Of a stretch of 64,000 nt of DNA, positions 1-8,800 are shown one piece after another (position 1 is the first letter of the stretch; every line of letters starts with the position of its first letter). The notes under the pieces are model-generated. The model was not told the DNA's origin. It worked only from the letters and a program-made list of their open reading frames with translations, and did no database searches. Where the stretch lies: the NCBI GenBank assembly GCA_015231405.1, contig JADGBR010000013.1, forward strand, positions 7,222-71,221, written 5' to 3'. Origin of the DNA: Candidatus Omnitrophota bacterium. GTDB lineage: Bacteria; Omnitrophota; Gorgyraeia; Tantalellales; Tantalellaceae. Both the position numbers and the translations under genes were made by a program.

Positions 1-756
1 CTGCTGGAGGAAAGGCTGAAGGAAGTGTTCGAGAAGAAGCTGGTGAGAGGCAAGGTCTTTGTGCGTATCACCAGGGACGGCGGGAACGAGACCGGGACGC
101 TTCGGAACATAAGCATTAACGAGAAAGTTATCAAAGACTATCTGGGACGCTTTAAGAATCTCCAGAAAAAACTGGCTATCCCGGGAAGTCTGGAGATCAG
201 GGACATCATCCATTTACCCGGCGTAATGGAGCAGACGGCCGATAAGAGGGAGGAAAAACTTTGGCCCGTGATACACGAGGCTACCGAAAAAGCCGTGGAT
301 GATCTCATGAAATTCAGGATAGCGGAAGGCGCGAACCTGGCCAAGGACCTGGTCAAAAGGCTCGTGAAGATAGAGAAGAACATCAGGGAGATAACGAAAG
401 AAGAACAGGCGAGCATAGACGAATACAGGACGAGGCTGACCGAGAAGATAACCGACGCGACGAAGACGAAGGAGATCGACAAGATCAAGCTCGAGGAGGA
501 GGTAGCCGCGTTCGCGCGGAACTGCGATATCGCGGAAGAGCTCCTCAGGCTGGGAAATCACGTGGAAGTCTCGCTTTCGGTGCTGAAGAACCCTATCTCG
601 GACGTTGGAAAAAAACTCGATTTCATAGCCCAGGAAATGCACCGGGAGATCAACACCATCGGGGCCAAGGCCGGCGGATACAGCATCTCCAACCTGGTGA
701 TAGACATAAAGAGCGAAATAGAAAAGATACGCGAACAACTGAGCAACATAGAGTGA
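1..756 (+). CDS. yicC: YicC/YloC family endoribonuclease (5' partial)
   Basis: C-terminal DUF1732 motifs DIAEELLRL and GKKLDFIAQEMHREINTIGAK...EKIREQLSNIE; frame is open to position 1; lies upstream of gmk. Confidence 0.92.
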   Translation: MLEERLKEVFEKKLVRGKVFVRITRDGGNETGTLRNISINEKVIKDYLGRFKNLQKKLAIPGSLEIRDIIHLPGVMEQTADKREEKLWPVIHEATEKAVDDLMKFRIAEGANLAKDLVKRLVKIEKNIREITKEEQASIDEYRTRLTEKITDATKTKEIDKIKLEEEVAAFARNCDIAEELLRLGNHVEVSLSVLKNPISDVGKKLDFIAQEMHREINTIGAKAGGYSISNLVIDIKSEIEKIREQLSNIE

Positions 757-1388
757 CCGGCGGACAAATGGAAATAAACGGACAAAATACCGGGATAAGC
801 GGCGAAAGGCTGGTATTGGTCGTGTCTTCCCCGAGCGGCGGGGGAAAGACGACGATCGTGAGCCGCGTTCTTTGCGAAATAGGCAGGATCGCGAGATCCG
901 TTTCCTACACTACAAGGCCGCCCAGGAAAGGCGAAGTCGACAAGGAAGATTACTATTTCATTTCCGGTGAAGCGTTCCGGAAAAGGATAGATTCCGGCGA
1001 CCTTCTGGAATGGGAAGAACTGTTCGGGCATTACTACGGCACATCGAAGGAACAGGTCGAAAAGGTGCTTATGGGCGGGGACGATATAATCCTTTCCATC
1101 GACGTCAACGGCGCGAGGTCCGTAAGGGAAAAGGTGCCCGACTGCGTGAGCGTTTTCATAATGCCGCCATCCAGGGAAACGCTCGCCAAGAGGCTTCTGT
1201 CGAGGAACACGGAAGAGAGGGAGGATCTGGCGAAGAGGCTCGCGGAATCGGAAAAGGAGATATCCTCTTCGGAGGAGTACGACTATCTCATAGTGAACGA
1301 TGACCTCGATAAGGCCGTCGTCGAGCTCAAGACCATAATCGAGACGGAAAGGAAGAACCGCAGGGGAAAGAAAAAAGGGTATCTATAG
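753..1388 (+). CDS. gmk: Guanylate kinase
   Basis: P-loop SPSGGGKTT, SVSYTTRPPRKGE and YYGTS motifs; yicC-gmk-rpoZ synteny. Confidence 0.96.
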   Translation: MTGGQMEINGQNTGISGERLVLVVSSPSGGGKTTIVSRVLCEIGRIARSVSYTTRPPRKGEVDKEDYYFISGEAFRKRIDSGDLLEWEELFGHYYGTSKEQVEKVLMGGDDIILSIDVNGARSVREKVPDCVSVFIMPPSRETLAKRLLSRNTEEREDLAKRLAESEKEISSSEEYDYLIVNDDLDKAVVELKTIIETERKNRRGKKKGYL

Positions 1389-1412
1389 AGAAGGCGAAAG
1401 CCGGGGGGCAAG

Positions 1413-1625
1413 ATGAAGCCAAAAGATAATATGTCTATCGAGTATTTGCTGCAGCGGGTACCGAGCATTTTCAAACTGACGAATATGGCCTCGATGAGGG
1501 CGATGGAGCTTAATTCCGGGATGAAAAAACTTGTGGAATCGGAACCGAAGACGAAATGTACGACCATAGCCATAAAAGAGATATTGGAAGGCAAGGTCAC
1601 GCTTAAAGAGAAAAAGGATGACTAA
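1413..1625 (+). CDS. rpoZ: RNA polymerase omega subunit
   Basis: 70 aa, SIFKLT..ASMRAMEL...K.TTIAIKEI.EGKV; lies between gmk and coaC. Confidence 0.85.
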   Translation: MKPKDNMSIEYLLQRVPSIFKLTNMASMRAMELNSGMKKLVESEPKTKCTTIAIKEILEGKVTLKEKKDD

Positions 1626-2157
1626 GAAAGACATGATCATTGGGGTTACGGCGAGCATCGCGGCCTACAAGGCGTGCGAACTTGTCCGTATCCTCATGAA
1701 AAAGGGGTTCAACGTACGGTGCGTCATGACGGAGGGAGCGAAGAAGTTCGTTACGACGCTTACTTTTGAGGCCCTTTCAGGAAATAAAGTAGCGAGCGAG
1801 ATGTTCCCTCACGAACGCGCGACCTCGGCGGAGCATGTATCGCTTGCGGACTCGGCCGAAATAATGCTGGTAGCTCCGGCCACGGCGGATTTTATCGCTA
1901 AAGCGGCCGCGGGAATATCGGACGACATCCTTTTATGCACGCTCGTCGCGTTCCGGAAGCCGGTCGTGATAGCTCCGGCGATGAACGACGGCATGTTCAT
2001 GAACCCGATCATCCGGGAAAAGATCGATTATCTGAGGAAAAAAGGGTACCATTTTGTCGATCCCGTGGCAGGAGAACTTGTCTGCGGGAGGGAGGGGATG
2101 GGTCACCTGGCTCCGGTGGATAAGATCGTCGAAAAGGTCCTCGAGGTGTCGGGCTGA
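1618..2157 (+). CDS. coaC: Phosphopantothenoylcysteine decarboxylase (stand-alone)
   Basis: GVTASIAAYKA, HVSLA, APATA, APAMN and LVCGREGMGHL motifs. Confidence 0.92.
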   Translation: MTKKDMIIGVTASIAAYKACELVRILMKKGFNVRCVMTEGAKKFVTTLTFEALSGNKVASEMFPHERATSAEHVSLADSAEIMLVAPATADFIAKAAAGISDDILLCTLVAFRKPVVIAPAMNDGMFMNPIIREKIDYLRKKGYHFVDPVAGELVCGREGMGHLAPVDKIVEKVLEVSG

Positions 2158-2164
2158 AAAGCTT

Positions 2165-2818
2165 ATGAAGAACCGCAAAAAAGTCCTTATAACCGCGGGT
2201 CCGACGGTCGAAGAGTTGGATCCGGTCAGATACATATCCAACTATTCCACCGGAACGATGGGATATTCTCTGGCCAGGGAGGCCGTAAATCGGGGGTATG
2301 AAGTGGCGCTCATATCCGGCCCGGTATCGATACCGGCGCCTCATGGGGCAAAGCTGGTAAAGGTGACCACCGCAAGGGAGATGCTGGGCGCGGTAAAAAA
2401 ACATATCGGCGGAAGCTCATGTCTGGTCATGGCGGCCGCGGTGTGCGATTTCGCTCCGGCGAAAAGAAGCGCTACGAAGATAAAGAAAAGAGCGAGGCTC
2501 GTTATCCAGTTCACCCCGAACCCGGATATCCTGGGCGAGGTAAAGGATGTTCCTGGCGTTTTTAAAGTGGGGTTCGCGTTGGAGACCGGTGGGCTCTTCG
2601 GAAAGGCCCTATGCAAGCTGAAGGCCAAAGGGCTGGACCTTATCGTTGCAAATAAGGCGGGGAGAGGGAGAAAGGATGGCGGGCCATTCGGCGCGGGCAA
2701 GAAGGATTTCATGGTCATATCGAGGGATGGACGGAAAAGGACCCGGATGGGAGTGACCAAGGAAAAGATGGCCGGCTACATTTTCGATGACATCGAAAAA
2801 GCGGCGGAGGCGGCGTGA
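2165..2818 (+). CDS. coaB: Phosphopantothenate-cysteine ligase (stand-alone)
   Basis: VLITAGPTVEELDPVRYISNYSTGTMG, MAAAVCDF, VGFALET, LDLIVAN; ATG at 2165. Confidence 0.92.
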   Translation: MKNRKKVLITAGPTVEELDPVRYISNYSTGTMGYSLAREAVNRGYEVALISGPVSIPAPHGAKLVKVTTAREMLGAVKKHIGGSSCLVMAAAVCDFAPAKRSATKIKKRARLVIQFTPNPDILGEVKDVPGVFKVGFALETGGLFGKALCKLKAKGLDLIVANKAGRGRKDGGPFGAGKKDFMVISRDGRKRTRMGVTKEKMAGYIFDDIEKAAEAA

Positions 2819-3231
2819 AGGGGTTCACCGTAAAGGAGCTCCTGTTCGTCATAGTGCTGGTATTTATTGCGGCGTACCTGTCCCAGCCTGCTTTCGAGAT
2901 GGTACAGCTGAAAAAGGCCAGGACGGTATGCGCGGTGAATATCCAGAAAATAACCAAGGCACTGTATATTTACGCGAAAGAACACGGCGGGGATTTTCCG
3001 CCTGTGCTAAAAACGCTCTACGACGAGGAATATGTGTCGGACAGGGACATCTTGGATTGTCCCGGGTCAGGGCATAATGGAACGCCGGAAGAGCCGGATT
3101 ACTTTTACACGCCGGGGCTGTCTGTAGGGGCGGATTCCTCGGCGACGCTCGTCAGGGATGATAAGGACAACCATCCAGGGGGGATGAATATAGTGACGGT
3201 TAACGGGACGGTGCTATGGAAAAAAATTTGA
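2815..3231 (+). CDS. Prepilin-type N-terminal cleavage/methylation protein with an H-X9-DG-like C-terminal motif
   Basis: MKGFTVKELL followed by a hydrophobic helix; C..NIQKI..AL..YA..H...FP; HPGGMNIVTVNG. Confidence 0.75.
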   Translation: MKGFTVKELLFVIVLVFIAAYLSQPAFEMVQLKKARTVCAVNIQKITKALYIYAKEHGGDFPPVLKTLYDEEYVSDRDILDCPGSGHNGTPEEPDYFYTPGLSVGADSSATLVRDDKDNHPGGMNIVTVNGTVLWKKI

Positions 3232-3581
3232 TAAGAGCGTATAATATCCGGCAAACGGGAACTGTTCTGGCTTTGTTGTCGATATCTTTATTGTTTTGTG
3301 TTCCGGTCCATCCCCAGGAAAACGACCTGGAAAGCCCCGGGGCCGCGGTGGCCGGGCTGATAGATCCTGGGACGAGGGATAATTTCAGGAAGGCTTATCG
3401 CGGGAGCTACATTTTGGGCGCGGTAGACTCGGCCAGGCGCCTGGTGCCCGAAAAGATGGAGGCGCTATATCCGGGGAAAGACAGCGCCCAGATAAAAGAA
3501 GCCGTGATCGACTATCTGGACAGGAACCCCGGGGAAGCGAAAAAACCCGTGATCGAAGTTATCCTGGCCGGGGTGAGGTAA
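3216..3581 (+). CDS. Small exported protein, Rap1a/Tai immunity-like
   Basis: Signal-like N-terminus; YILGAVDS...Q....VIDYLDRNP...PVIEVILA resembles the Rap1a pattern but has no cysteines. Confidence 0.5.
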   Translation: MEKNLIRAYNIRQTGTVLALLSISLLFCVPVHPQENDLESPGAAVAGLIDPGTRDNFRKAYRGSYILGAVDSARRLVPEKMEALYPGKDSAQIKEAVIDYLDRNPGEAKKPVIEVILAGVR

Positions 3582-3582
3582 T

Positions 3583-4116
3583 ATGAAAAAAATGGCTTTA
3601 AAGAGAATACTCTCGGCTGGCTCGGCAATGGCGTTGGCTTATGCCACATACTGCGGAGCTTATACTTTAATGGACTATAGCTGGGGGGCACCCTTCGAAA
3701 GCATTCAGAAAGAACTCGAACTCGCCGGAAAGAAAGCCGTTTTCGATGTCAAGAATTTCACTCTTGTCTATGAGGAACCCTGGTTGGAGGGAGAGTGCAA
3801 GGTCTCCCTGGTATTTACCCCTAAAACGAGGCTTCTTGCCGGTATCGCCTGCGTATGGCCATCGGAAGAGGTCATAGACAACGCCATGAAGTTTGTCAGG
3901 GATAAATACGGCGACCCGGTAGCTTTCGACAGGCCGGACCAGATGCGAAAGATCTATATCTGGTCGGACCCGACCACGAGGGACAATAAGATAATACTGA
4001 TCAAGGGCCCTTCTTCCGTGATCCTGAGCTATTACGGCGGCGAATTTTACAGGAATTACCTGGAAGAGTCCAAAGAGCTGAGGGAACGCGCCAAAGAGAA
4101 CGGCCTTCTCCAATGA
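3583..4116 (+). CDS. Hypothetical exported protein
   Basis: 177-aa ORF with a signal peptide-like N-terminus, tightly packed in the operon. Confidence 0.75.
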   Translation: MKKMALKRILSAGSAMALAYATYCGAYTLMDYSWGAPFESIQKELELAGKKAVFDVKNFTLVYEEPWLEGECKVSLVFTPKTRLLAGIACVWPSEEVIDNAMKFVRDKYGDPVAFDRPDQMRKIYIWSDPTTRDNKIILIKGPSSVILSYYGGEFYRNYLEESKELRERAKENGLLQ

Positions 4117-5246
4117 GCTTCACAAAAACCGCTTTATTTTTCCTGTACATCCTCTTATTAGCCGCGGTCTTTTATTTCGCTTTCATATGTTACAGGGCCG
4201 CGGGGCTTTACCATTTCGTGAAGGACACGACGAAAGGGTGGGAGGGGCAGCTTCACCGGATCGACGGGATCCTTGGATACGCGCCTATACCCGGGACCGG
4301 GGGCATAGAGACGGTCCCGGGAGGGGAAAAGGTTCCCGTATGGTATAACTCCGACGGGTTCCGGACCCCGCCCGGGGATAAGGACTCCGGTTCCGGAAAA
4401 AAACCCAGGATGCTTTTCCTGGGATGTTCTTTCACCTTCGGGTCAGGGTGCCGCGCGGAGAAAACTTTTCCGTTCCTCATCGGGGAAAAAATGGACGGAT
4501 CAGTGATCAATGCCGGAGTTAACAGCTACGGGTTCTCTAATATGGTGCTCCGAGCGAGGGAGCTGGTGCCGAAATACAAGCCCGATATCGTTTTCTTCCA
4601 GGTATCGCCTTGGCTTTTCGAAAGGGCCGTAGCTATGTACAGGCCGACGCCGTACTGGACGCTGCCGATGCCGTATTATGCCATGGTGAACGGCAGGAAC
4701 GAGATACAGCCTCCTCCGTTCATGACAGGTATATTCGACGTCCCGATCGCGGGGTTTAGGAAAACGCCGGCCGGTTTATCGGATTTCCTCCAGTTCGCCG
4801 TTAAGGTGGCGGTGCCGCTTTATCTCAGGGACGACTTCTCCCGGTGCTGGACCGGGATCCGTATGGCCGTGGGACTTATTCCCCGGCCTAATACGTCGAA
4901 GAACGGCCTGATACGCGATGTCATCCTGGAAATGAACGCGATATGCAAAGAGAACGGCGCGAAACTGGCCGTTATTTTCCTGGGAGACAGGGATATCTCG
5001 AAAAAGATAAATATCAGCCATGAGAACCGGGATGTTATCATGATAGACGCGGAAAAACCGCTTTGGGACGCGCTTCAGATGAAGACCATGACCGATTACA
5101 GTATGGCTTACCAGCATATCGCAGGGGACCCACCGAAGGTCGTCGACCGTCACCCCAACGATAAAGCGCACGCTATAATAGCTGACGCCGTGTACCGGGC
5201 GCTGCAGGAATATATGTTAAAGATGAAGGCGAAGAAGCAGACTTGA
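4113..5246 (+). CDS. Membrane-anchored SGNH/GDSL hydrolase-like protein
   Basis: N-terminal TM; block I LFLGCSFTFG, block II VINAGVNSYG, block V DRHPN. Confidence 0.75.
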   Translation: MSFTKTALFFLYILLLAAVFYFAFICYRAAGLYHFVKDTTKGWEGQLHRIDGILGYAPIPGTGGIETVPGGEKVPVWYNSDGFRTPPGDKDSGSGKKPRMLFLGCSFTFGSGCRAEKTFPFLIGEKMDGSVINAGVNSYGFSNMVLRARELVPKYKPDIVFFQVSPWLFERAVAMYRPTPYWTLPMPYYAMVNGRNEIQPPPFMTGIFDVPIAGFRKTPAGLSDFLQFAVKVAVPLYLRDDFSRCWTGIRMAVGLIPRPNTSKNGLIRDVILEMNAICKENGAKLAVIFLGDRDISKKINISHENRDVIMIDAEKPLWDALQMKTMTDYSMAYQHIAGDPPKVVDRHPNDKAHAIIADAVYRALQEYMLKMKAKKQT

Positions 5247-5257
5247 GAGAAAAAGAG

Positions 5258-5354
5258 CAGAATACAGAATAACGGATCCAGAATACGGGATATCAACATC
5301 CGGGGAAACAGCATTCTGGATCCTGGATCCTGAGTTCTGTATTCTGTATTCCGA
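5258..5354. repeat. Inverted arrays of degenerate 7-bp tandem repeats (CAGAATA-type) forming an imperfect hairpin
   Basis: Left arm cagaata cagaata acggatc cagaata cgggata; right arm attctgg atcctgg atcctga gttctgt attctgt attccga. Confidence 0.85.
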
Positions 5355-5452
5355 ACTAAGTATACTAAAATGCAGCATTTTTTTGTTTATTATTACGGGT
5401 TTTGTTCTATAATAATTAAATTCAGCCGGCAAGGCTGAAAGCGGGATGCAGT

Positions 5453-6502
5453 ATGTATAAAACCAGGATAGTCGCTACGTTGGGTCCGGCCAGCGCGGAT
5501 TATTCCGTCATCCGGAAAATGACGCTTGCCGGCATGGATGTGGCGAGGCTTAATTTCTCGCACGGCAAAGAGATCGAACACGAGAATAAGATACGGATCA
5601 TCCGTAAGATAAATGATAAATATCGACGGCATATACGCATACTGGGTGATCTTGAAGGCTTTCGCATAAGGATAGGATATCTGAAAGAGCCCGGTTTCAG
5701 GGTTCTTAGGAGATCGGAGCGGGTAACGTTCTTTTTCGGGGAGGACAAAGGATCTCGGTGCGAAATACCGTTCGACTATGACGGGGATTTTAGGACTATT
5801 GCCGCCGGAAAAATGATATACGCGGATGACGGGAACATTGTTTTCAAGGTGCTTAAGAGTTCCGCAAAAAAAGTTATCGCGGAAACCGTAGTTGGCGGGA
5901 CGCTTAAAGAGAGAAAAGGGATCAATATCCCGGAAGCGAAGTTCCCGGGTTCCGGGGTAACGGAAAAGGACGCAAAGGATATAGAGTTCTCTCTGAGGCA
6001 CGGTGTCGATCATATAGCCCAGTCCTTCGTGAGGAGCAAAAAAGATATATTGCGTGTTAGGGAGCTTTTTGGAGGCCGCGGACCCGGTAAAGGCCTTGTG
6101 GCGAAGATAGAGACAAGAGAGGCCATCCGGGATATAGACGGGATAATCGAAGTTTCCGACGGGATAATGATAGCGCGCGGAGATATGGGCGTAGCGGTCC
6201 CGATAAGCATGGTGCCGGTGATACAAAAAGAGATCATCAGGAAATGTAATTACCGCAAGAGATATGTTATAACCGCGACCCAGATGCTGGAGAGTATGAC
6301 GGAACATAGCCGCCCAACGAGGGCCGAAGTAACGGACGTGGCGAACGCGATATTGGACGGGACCGACATGGTCATGTTGTCGGGAGAAACGGCGGTCGGG
6401 AAATACCCGGTCGAGGCGATAAGGACAATGAACGATATTATCGGCGTAGCCGAGGGATATAAAAAAAACAGGGCCGAGACGGTAAAAAGGATATTGGCCT
6501 AA
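5453..6502 (+). CDS. pyk: Pyruvate kinase (short form, no C-terminal allosteric domain)
   Basis: [65 protein letters not shown]; ends at 349 aa. Confidence 0.95.
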   Translation: MYKTRIVATLGPASADYSVIRKMTLAGMDVARLNFSHGKEIEHENKIRIIRKINDKYRRHIRILGDLEGFRIRIGYLKEPGFRVLRRSERVTFFFGEDKGSRCEIPFDYDGDFRTIAAGKMIYADDGNIVFKVLKSSAKKVIAETVVGGTLKERKGINIPEAKFPGSGVTEKDAKDIEFSLRHGVDHIAQSFVRSKKDILRVRELFGGRGPGKGLVAKIETREAIRDIDGIIEVSDGIMIARGDMGVAVPISMVPVIQKEIIRKCNYRKRYVITATQMLESMTEHSRPTRAEVTDVANAILDGTDMVMLSGETAVGKYPVEAIRTMNDIIGVAEGYKKNRAETVKRILA

Positions 6503-6521
6503 AAAAAAGAGGAGAGGGGAT

Positions 6522-6959
6522 ATGATAATGAGATATTTGTTAGTCGCGGTACTTGTTCTAAGCGTTGCGGGGTGCGCCACTCCCAGGAAAAAAGAGACGC
6601 CTAAGTCGGACGTCCAGGTCCTGAAGGAAGAGGTCGGCTCGCTCAAGCAGGAAATGGCTGAAAAGGAAAAAAGGATACAGGAGCTCGAGACCACTAAAGG
6701 TGCCGGGTATTCCGATTACAGCGCCGGCTCAGAAGAGACAAGGACGAGGTCCTATGGTTCAGGTTCCAGCCAGGCTCCGCAGACTGCCAAGAACATCCAG
6801 AAAGCGCTTAAGAATGCGGGTTTTTACAGTGGCGAGATAGACGGTAAGATCGGCAAAGGGACGAGGAAAGCCGTACGGGAATTCCAGGGGTCAGAGGGAT
6901 TAAAAGTCGACGGTATCGTCGGAAAAAAGACCTGGTCCAGACTCCAGTCGTATTTATAA
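6522..6959 (+). CDS. Lipoprotein with coiled coil and C-terminal peptidoglycan-binding domain
   Basis: Lipobox VAGC; IQKALKNAGFYSGEIDGKIGKGTRKAVREFQ..GLKVDGIVGKKTW (PG_binding_1). Confidence 0.9.
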   Translation: MIMRYLLVAVLVLSVAGCATPRKKETPKSDVQVLKEEVGSLKQEMAEKEKRIQELETTKGAGYSDYSAGSEETRTRSYGSGSSQAPQTAKNIQKALKNAGFYSGEIDGKIGKGTRKAVREFQGSEGLKVDGIVGKKTWSRLQSYL

Positions 6960-6986
6960 AGGGTCATTGCATTGATCATGAGGGTG

Positions 6987-7038
6987 GGGATGAGTTGTGG
7001 CGAACAACTCATCCCGGTCCCCACAACATGAGTGGGGA
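6987..7038. repeat. Two adjacent hairpins upstream of the site-2 protease
   Basis: 12-bp perfect stem gggatgagttgt/acaactcatccc (6987-7015) and 7-bp stem tccccac/gtgggga (7018-7038). Confidence 0.7.
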
Positions 7039-7043
7039 ATAAA

Positions 7044-7661
7044 ATGGGAATCATATCTCTTCTTTTCCACGATCCGGCGGCGTTCCTCATACTTGTGATA
7101 CCGCTTCTGTATTCCGTGATAGCCCACGAAACGGCGCATGGATGGGCGGCGTATCTTTTCGGCGACGATACGGCGAAACGCTCCGGGAGGCTGTCGATCA
7201 ACCCTCTCAGGCACATCGATCCCGTCGGGACAATGGCGCTTGTATTCGTAGGATTCGGTTGGGCCCGCCCCGTGCCGGTCGATTACTCAAAGCTAAGGCC
7301 TTTCAGGCTGGGGCTCATCTGCGTTTCCTCGGCGGGAATATTCGCCAACATACTTATAGCTGCCGGAGCTTTGTACGTTATAAAACTCGAACCCTTGTGG
7401 ATGACGAAAACGCCGGCCGTCATTTTGTCGGTCATGGCAAGGATAAACATTGTACTTGGGGCGTTTAACCTGATACCCATACCTCCGCTCGACGGATCAA
7501 AGATCCTTTTCGGTTTTCTTCCGTCCGCGGCGCAGGATAAATTCATGAGACTGGAACGGTACGGTTTTCCGCTGCTCTTAGTCTTGCTTATCACGGGGGC
7601 TATTGAGCCCCTCATCAAAGTGATTGAGAACGTGATCCTTCATATGTTGCTCGTAAGGTAG
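7044..7661 (+). CDS. Site-2 protease (M50) family intramembrane metalloprotease
   Basis: HETAH, GRLSINPLRHIDP, FGWARPVP, FNLIPIPPLDGS. Confidence 0.93.
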   Translation: MGIISLLFHDPAAFLILVIPLLYSVIAHETAHGWAAYLFGDDTAKRSGRLSINPLRHIDPVGTMALVFVGFGWARPVPVDYSKLRPFRLGLICVSSAGIFANILIAAGALYVIKLEPLWMTKTPAVILSVMARINIVLGAFNLIPIPPLDGSKILFGFLPSAAQDKFMRLERYGFPLLLVLLITGAIEPLIKVIENVILHMLLVR

Positions 7662-7702
7662 TGCTACTCCCTTTCGGCTGTAGCCGATGACGAATACTAA
7701 AA

Positions 7703-7814
7703 GTGTCAGGCCTCCCCATTGGACATTTTGAGTTAAAGATTAACGCTAATTTGAATATCGGGGTGTAAAAGAGGGACATTAACTCTGGATTTGTCCAATG
7801 GGGAGGCCTGACAC
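7703..7814. repeat. 112-bp element with 23-bp perfect terminal inverted repeats (REP-doublet/MITE-like)
   Basis: gtgtcaggcctccccattggaca (7703-7725) and its exact reverse complement (7792-7814) around an AT-rich spacer. Confidence 0.88.
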
Positions 7815-7842
7815 CGTTGCTTCTTTTGCCCGGTATGTCTTA

Positions 7843-7947
7843 CTACGCCGCAATGACGAGCCGCCAGGCGTTGGATATCAGGACGGGGAGATCTTCGGTC
7901 AGGAGGTCCATGGCGGGTATGGCAAGCTGGGACTTAGCGCCTGTTCT
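7843..7947 (-). pseudogene. Orphan C-terminal fragment paralogous to the end of the ~2000-aa protein
   Basis: Encodes RTGAKSQLAIPAMDLLTEDLPVLISNAWRLVIAA*, versus RTGSKSQLALPAMALLSEDLPGLISAAWRLLISA* at 8801-8905 (26/34 aa, 81/105 nt by hand); in-frame stop just upstream. Confidence 0.88.
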
Positions 7948-8067
7948 GAATGAAGCAGCCTAAAATAATGGTACATGAGACGCAGCGAGGTGTGGCATAA
8001 TGTTGATCGGGTTATTTAAATGTTTATTGATACGAGATCTTCTCCCGGGAAGCAAGGAGGATGCGAT

Positions 8068-8784
8068 ATGGAATTATTTCGGAACATTTGTGGCTTAGCT
8101 ACTAAAACAATTTCTGATAGATATGATATTTCTATGTTGCAGCAGTTGGAGAAAGTACTGAATCGATCCGGTGTTAGTTTTTTCGGGTCGCGCGAATTCC
8201 TTGATTTTGGATGCGGTACGGGCAGGCTCGCGCAGCTTTTTAGCGGATATATGCCTGACGCGAAATTATACGGTTGTGACGTGAAATCATATCTTGTTAA
8301 ACGGTGCGCGCGCCTGGTCCCGAGGGGCAACTTCTTCGTTAATGGTGTCGTTCCTCCGCTCGACTTGGAGGATGGGAGTGTTGATATGGTCTTTGCGTAT
8401 AGTGTATTTACTCATTTGAAGGAAGACGCGCATATTCAATGGCTGAGGGAGTTTTCCCGAGTATTAAAAAAAGGCGGGTATGCCGTTTTAACCACTCATG
8501 GATATGAGTGTCTTAAACGCATGCGGAAATTCAGCCCCGAAAAGCTGAAGAAATATCAAATAGAGGACTTGGATAATTTCATGGTGCGCAAAGAGCAATA
8601 TTACTGGGTACAGAATCTCCGGAAGGAACCGGATTACGGTCTGGCTGTGATCACTGACAAATATATCAGAGATAATTGGATGAAAGTGTCCGGGATGGAA
8701 TTAAAGGGGTATGAACCCGCCGCGGTAGAGGCATATCCTGAGGGATGCCAGGACTTGGTGATATTGATCAAGGGCAATGGTTAA
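8068..8784 (+). CDS. Class I SAM-dependent methyltransferase
   Basis: LDFGCGTGRL, DMVFAYSVFTHL, RVLKKGG; AAGGAGG RBS before ATG 8068; AT-richer than flanks. Confidence 0.88.
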   Translation: MELFRNICGLATKTISDRYDISMLQQLEKVLNRSGVSFFGSREFLDFGCGTGRLAQLFSGYMPDAKLYGCDVKSYLVKRCARLVPRGNFFVNGVVPPLDLEDGSVDMVFAYSVFTHLKEDAHIQWLREFSRVLKKGGYAVLTTHGYECLKRMRKFSPEKLKKYQIEDLDNFMVRKEQYYWVQNLRKEPDYGLAVITDKYIRDNWMKVSGMELKGYEPAAVEAYPEGCQDLVILIKGNG

Positions 8785-8800
8785 GCGTGGCCCGGTACCA

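Noticed and set aside
5258-5354. CRISPR mini-array (also considered for 43206-43273)
   Set aside because: 7-bp units without unique spacers; no cas genes
5393-6694. 433-aa minus-strand ORF
   Set aside because: Antisense shadow of pyk; no motifs
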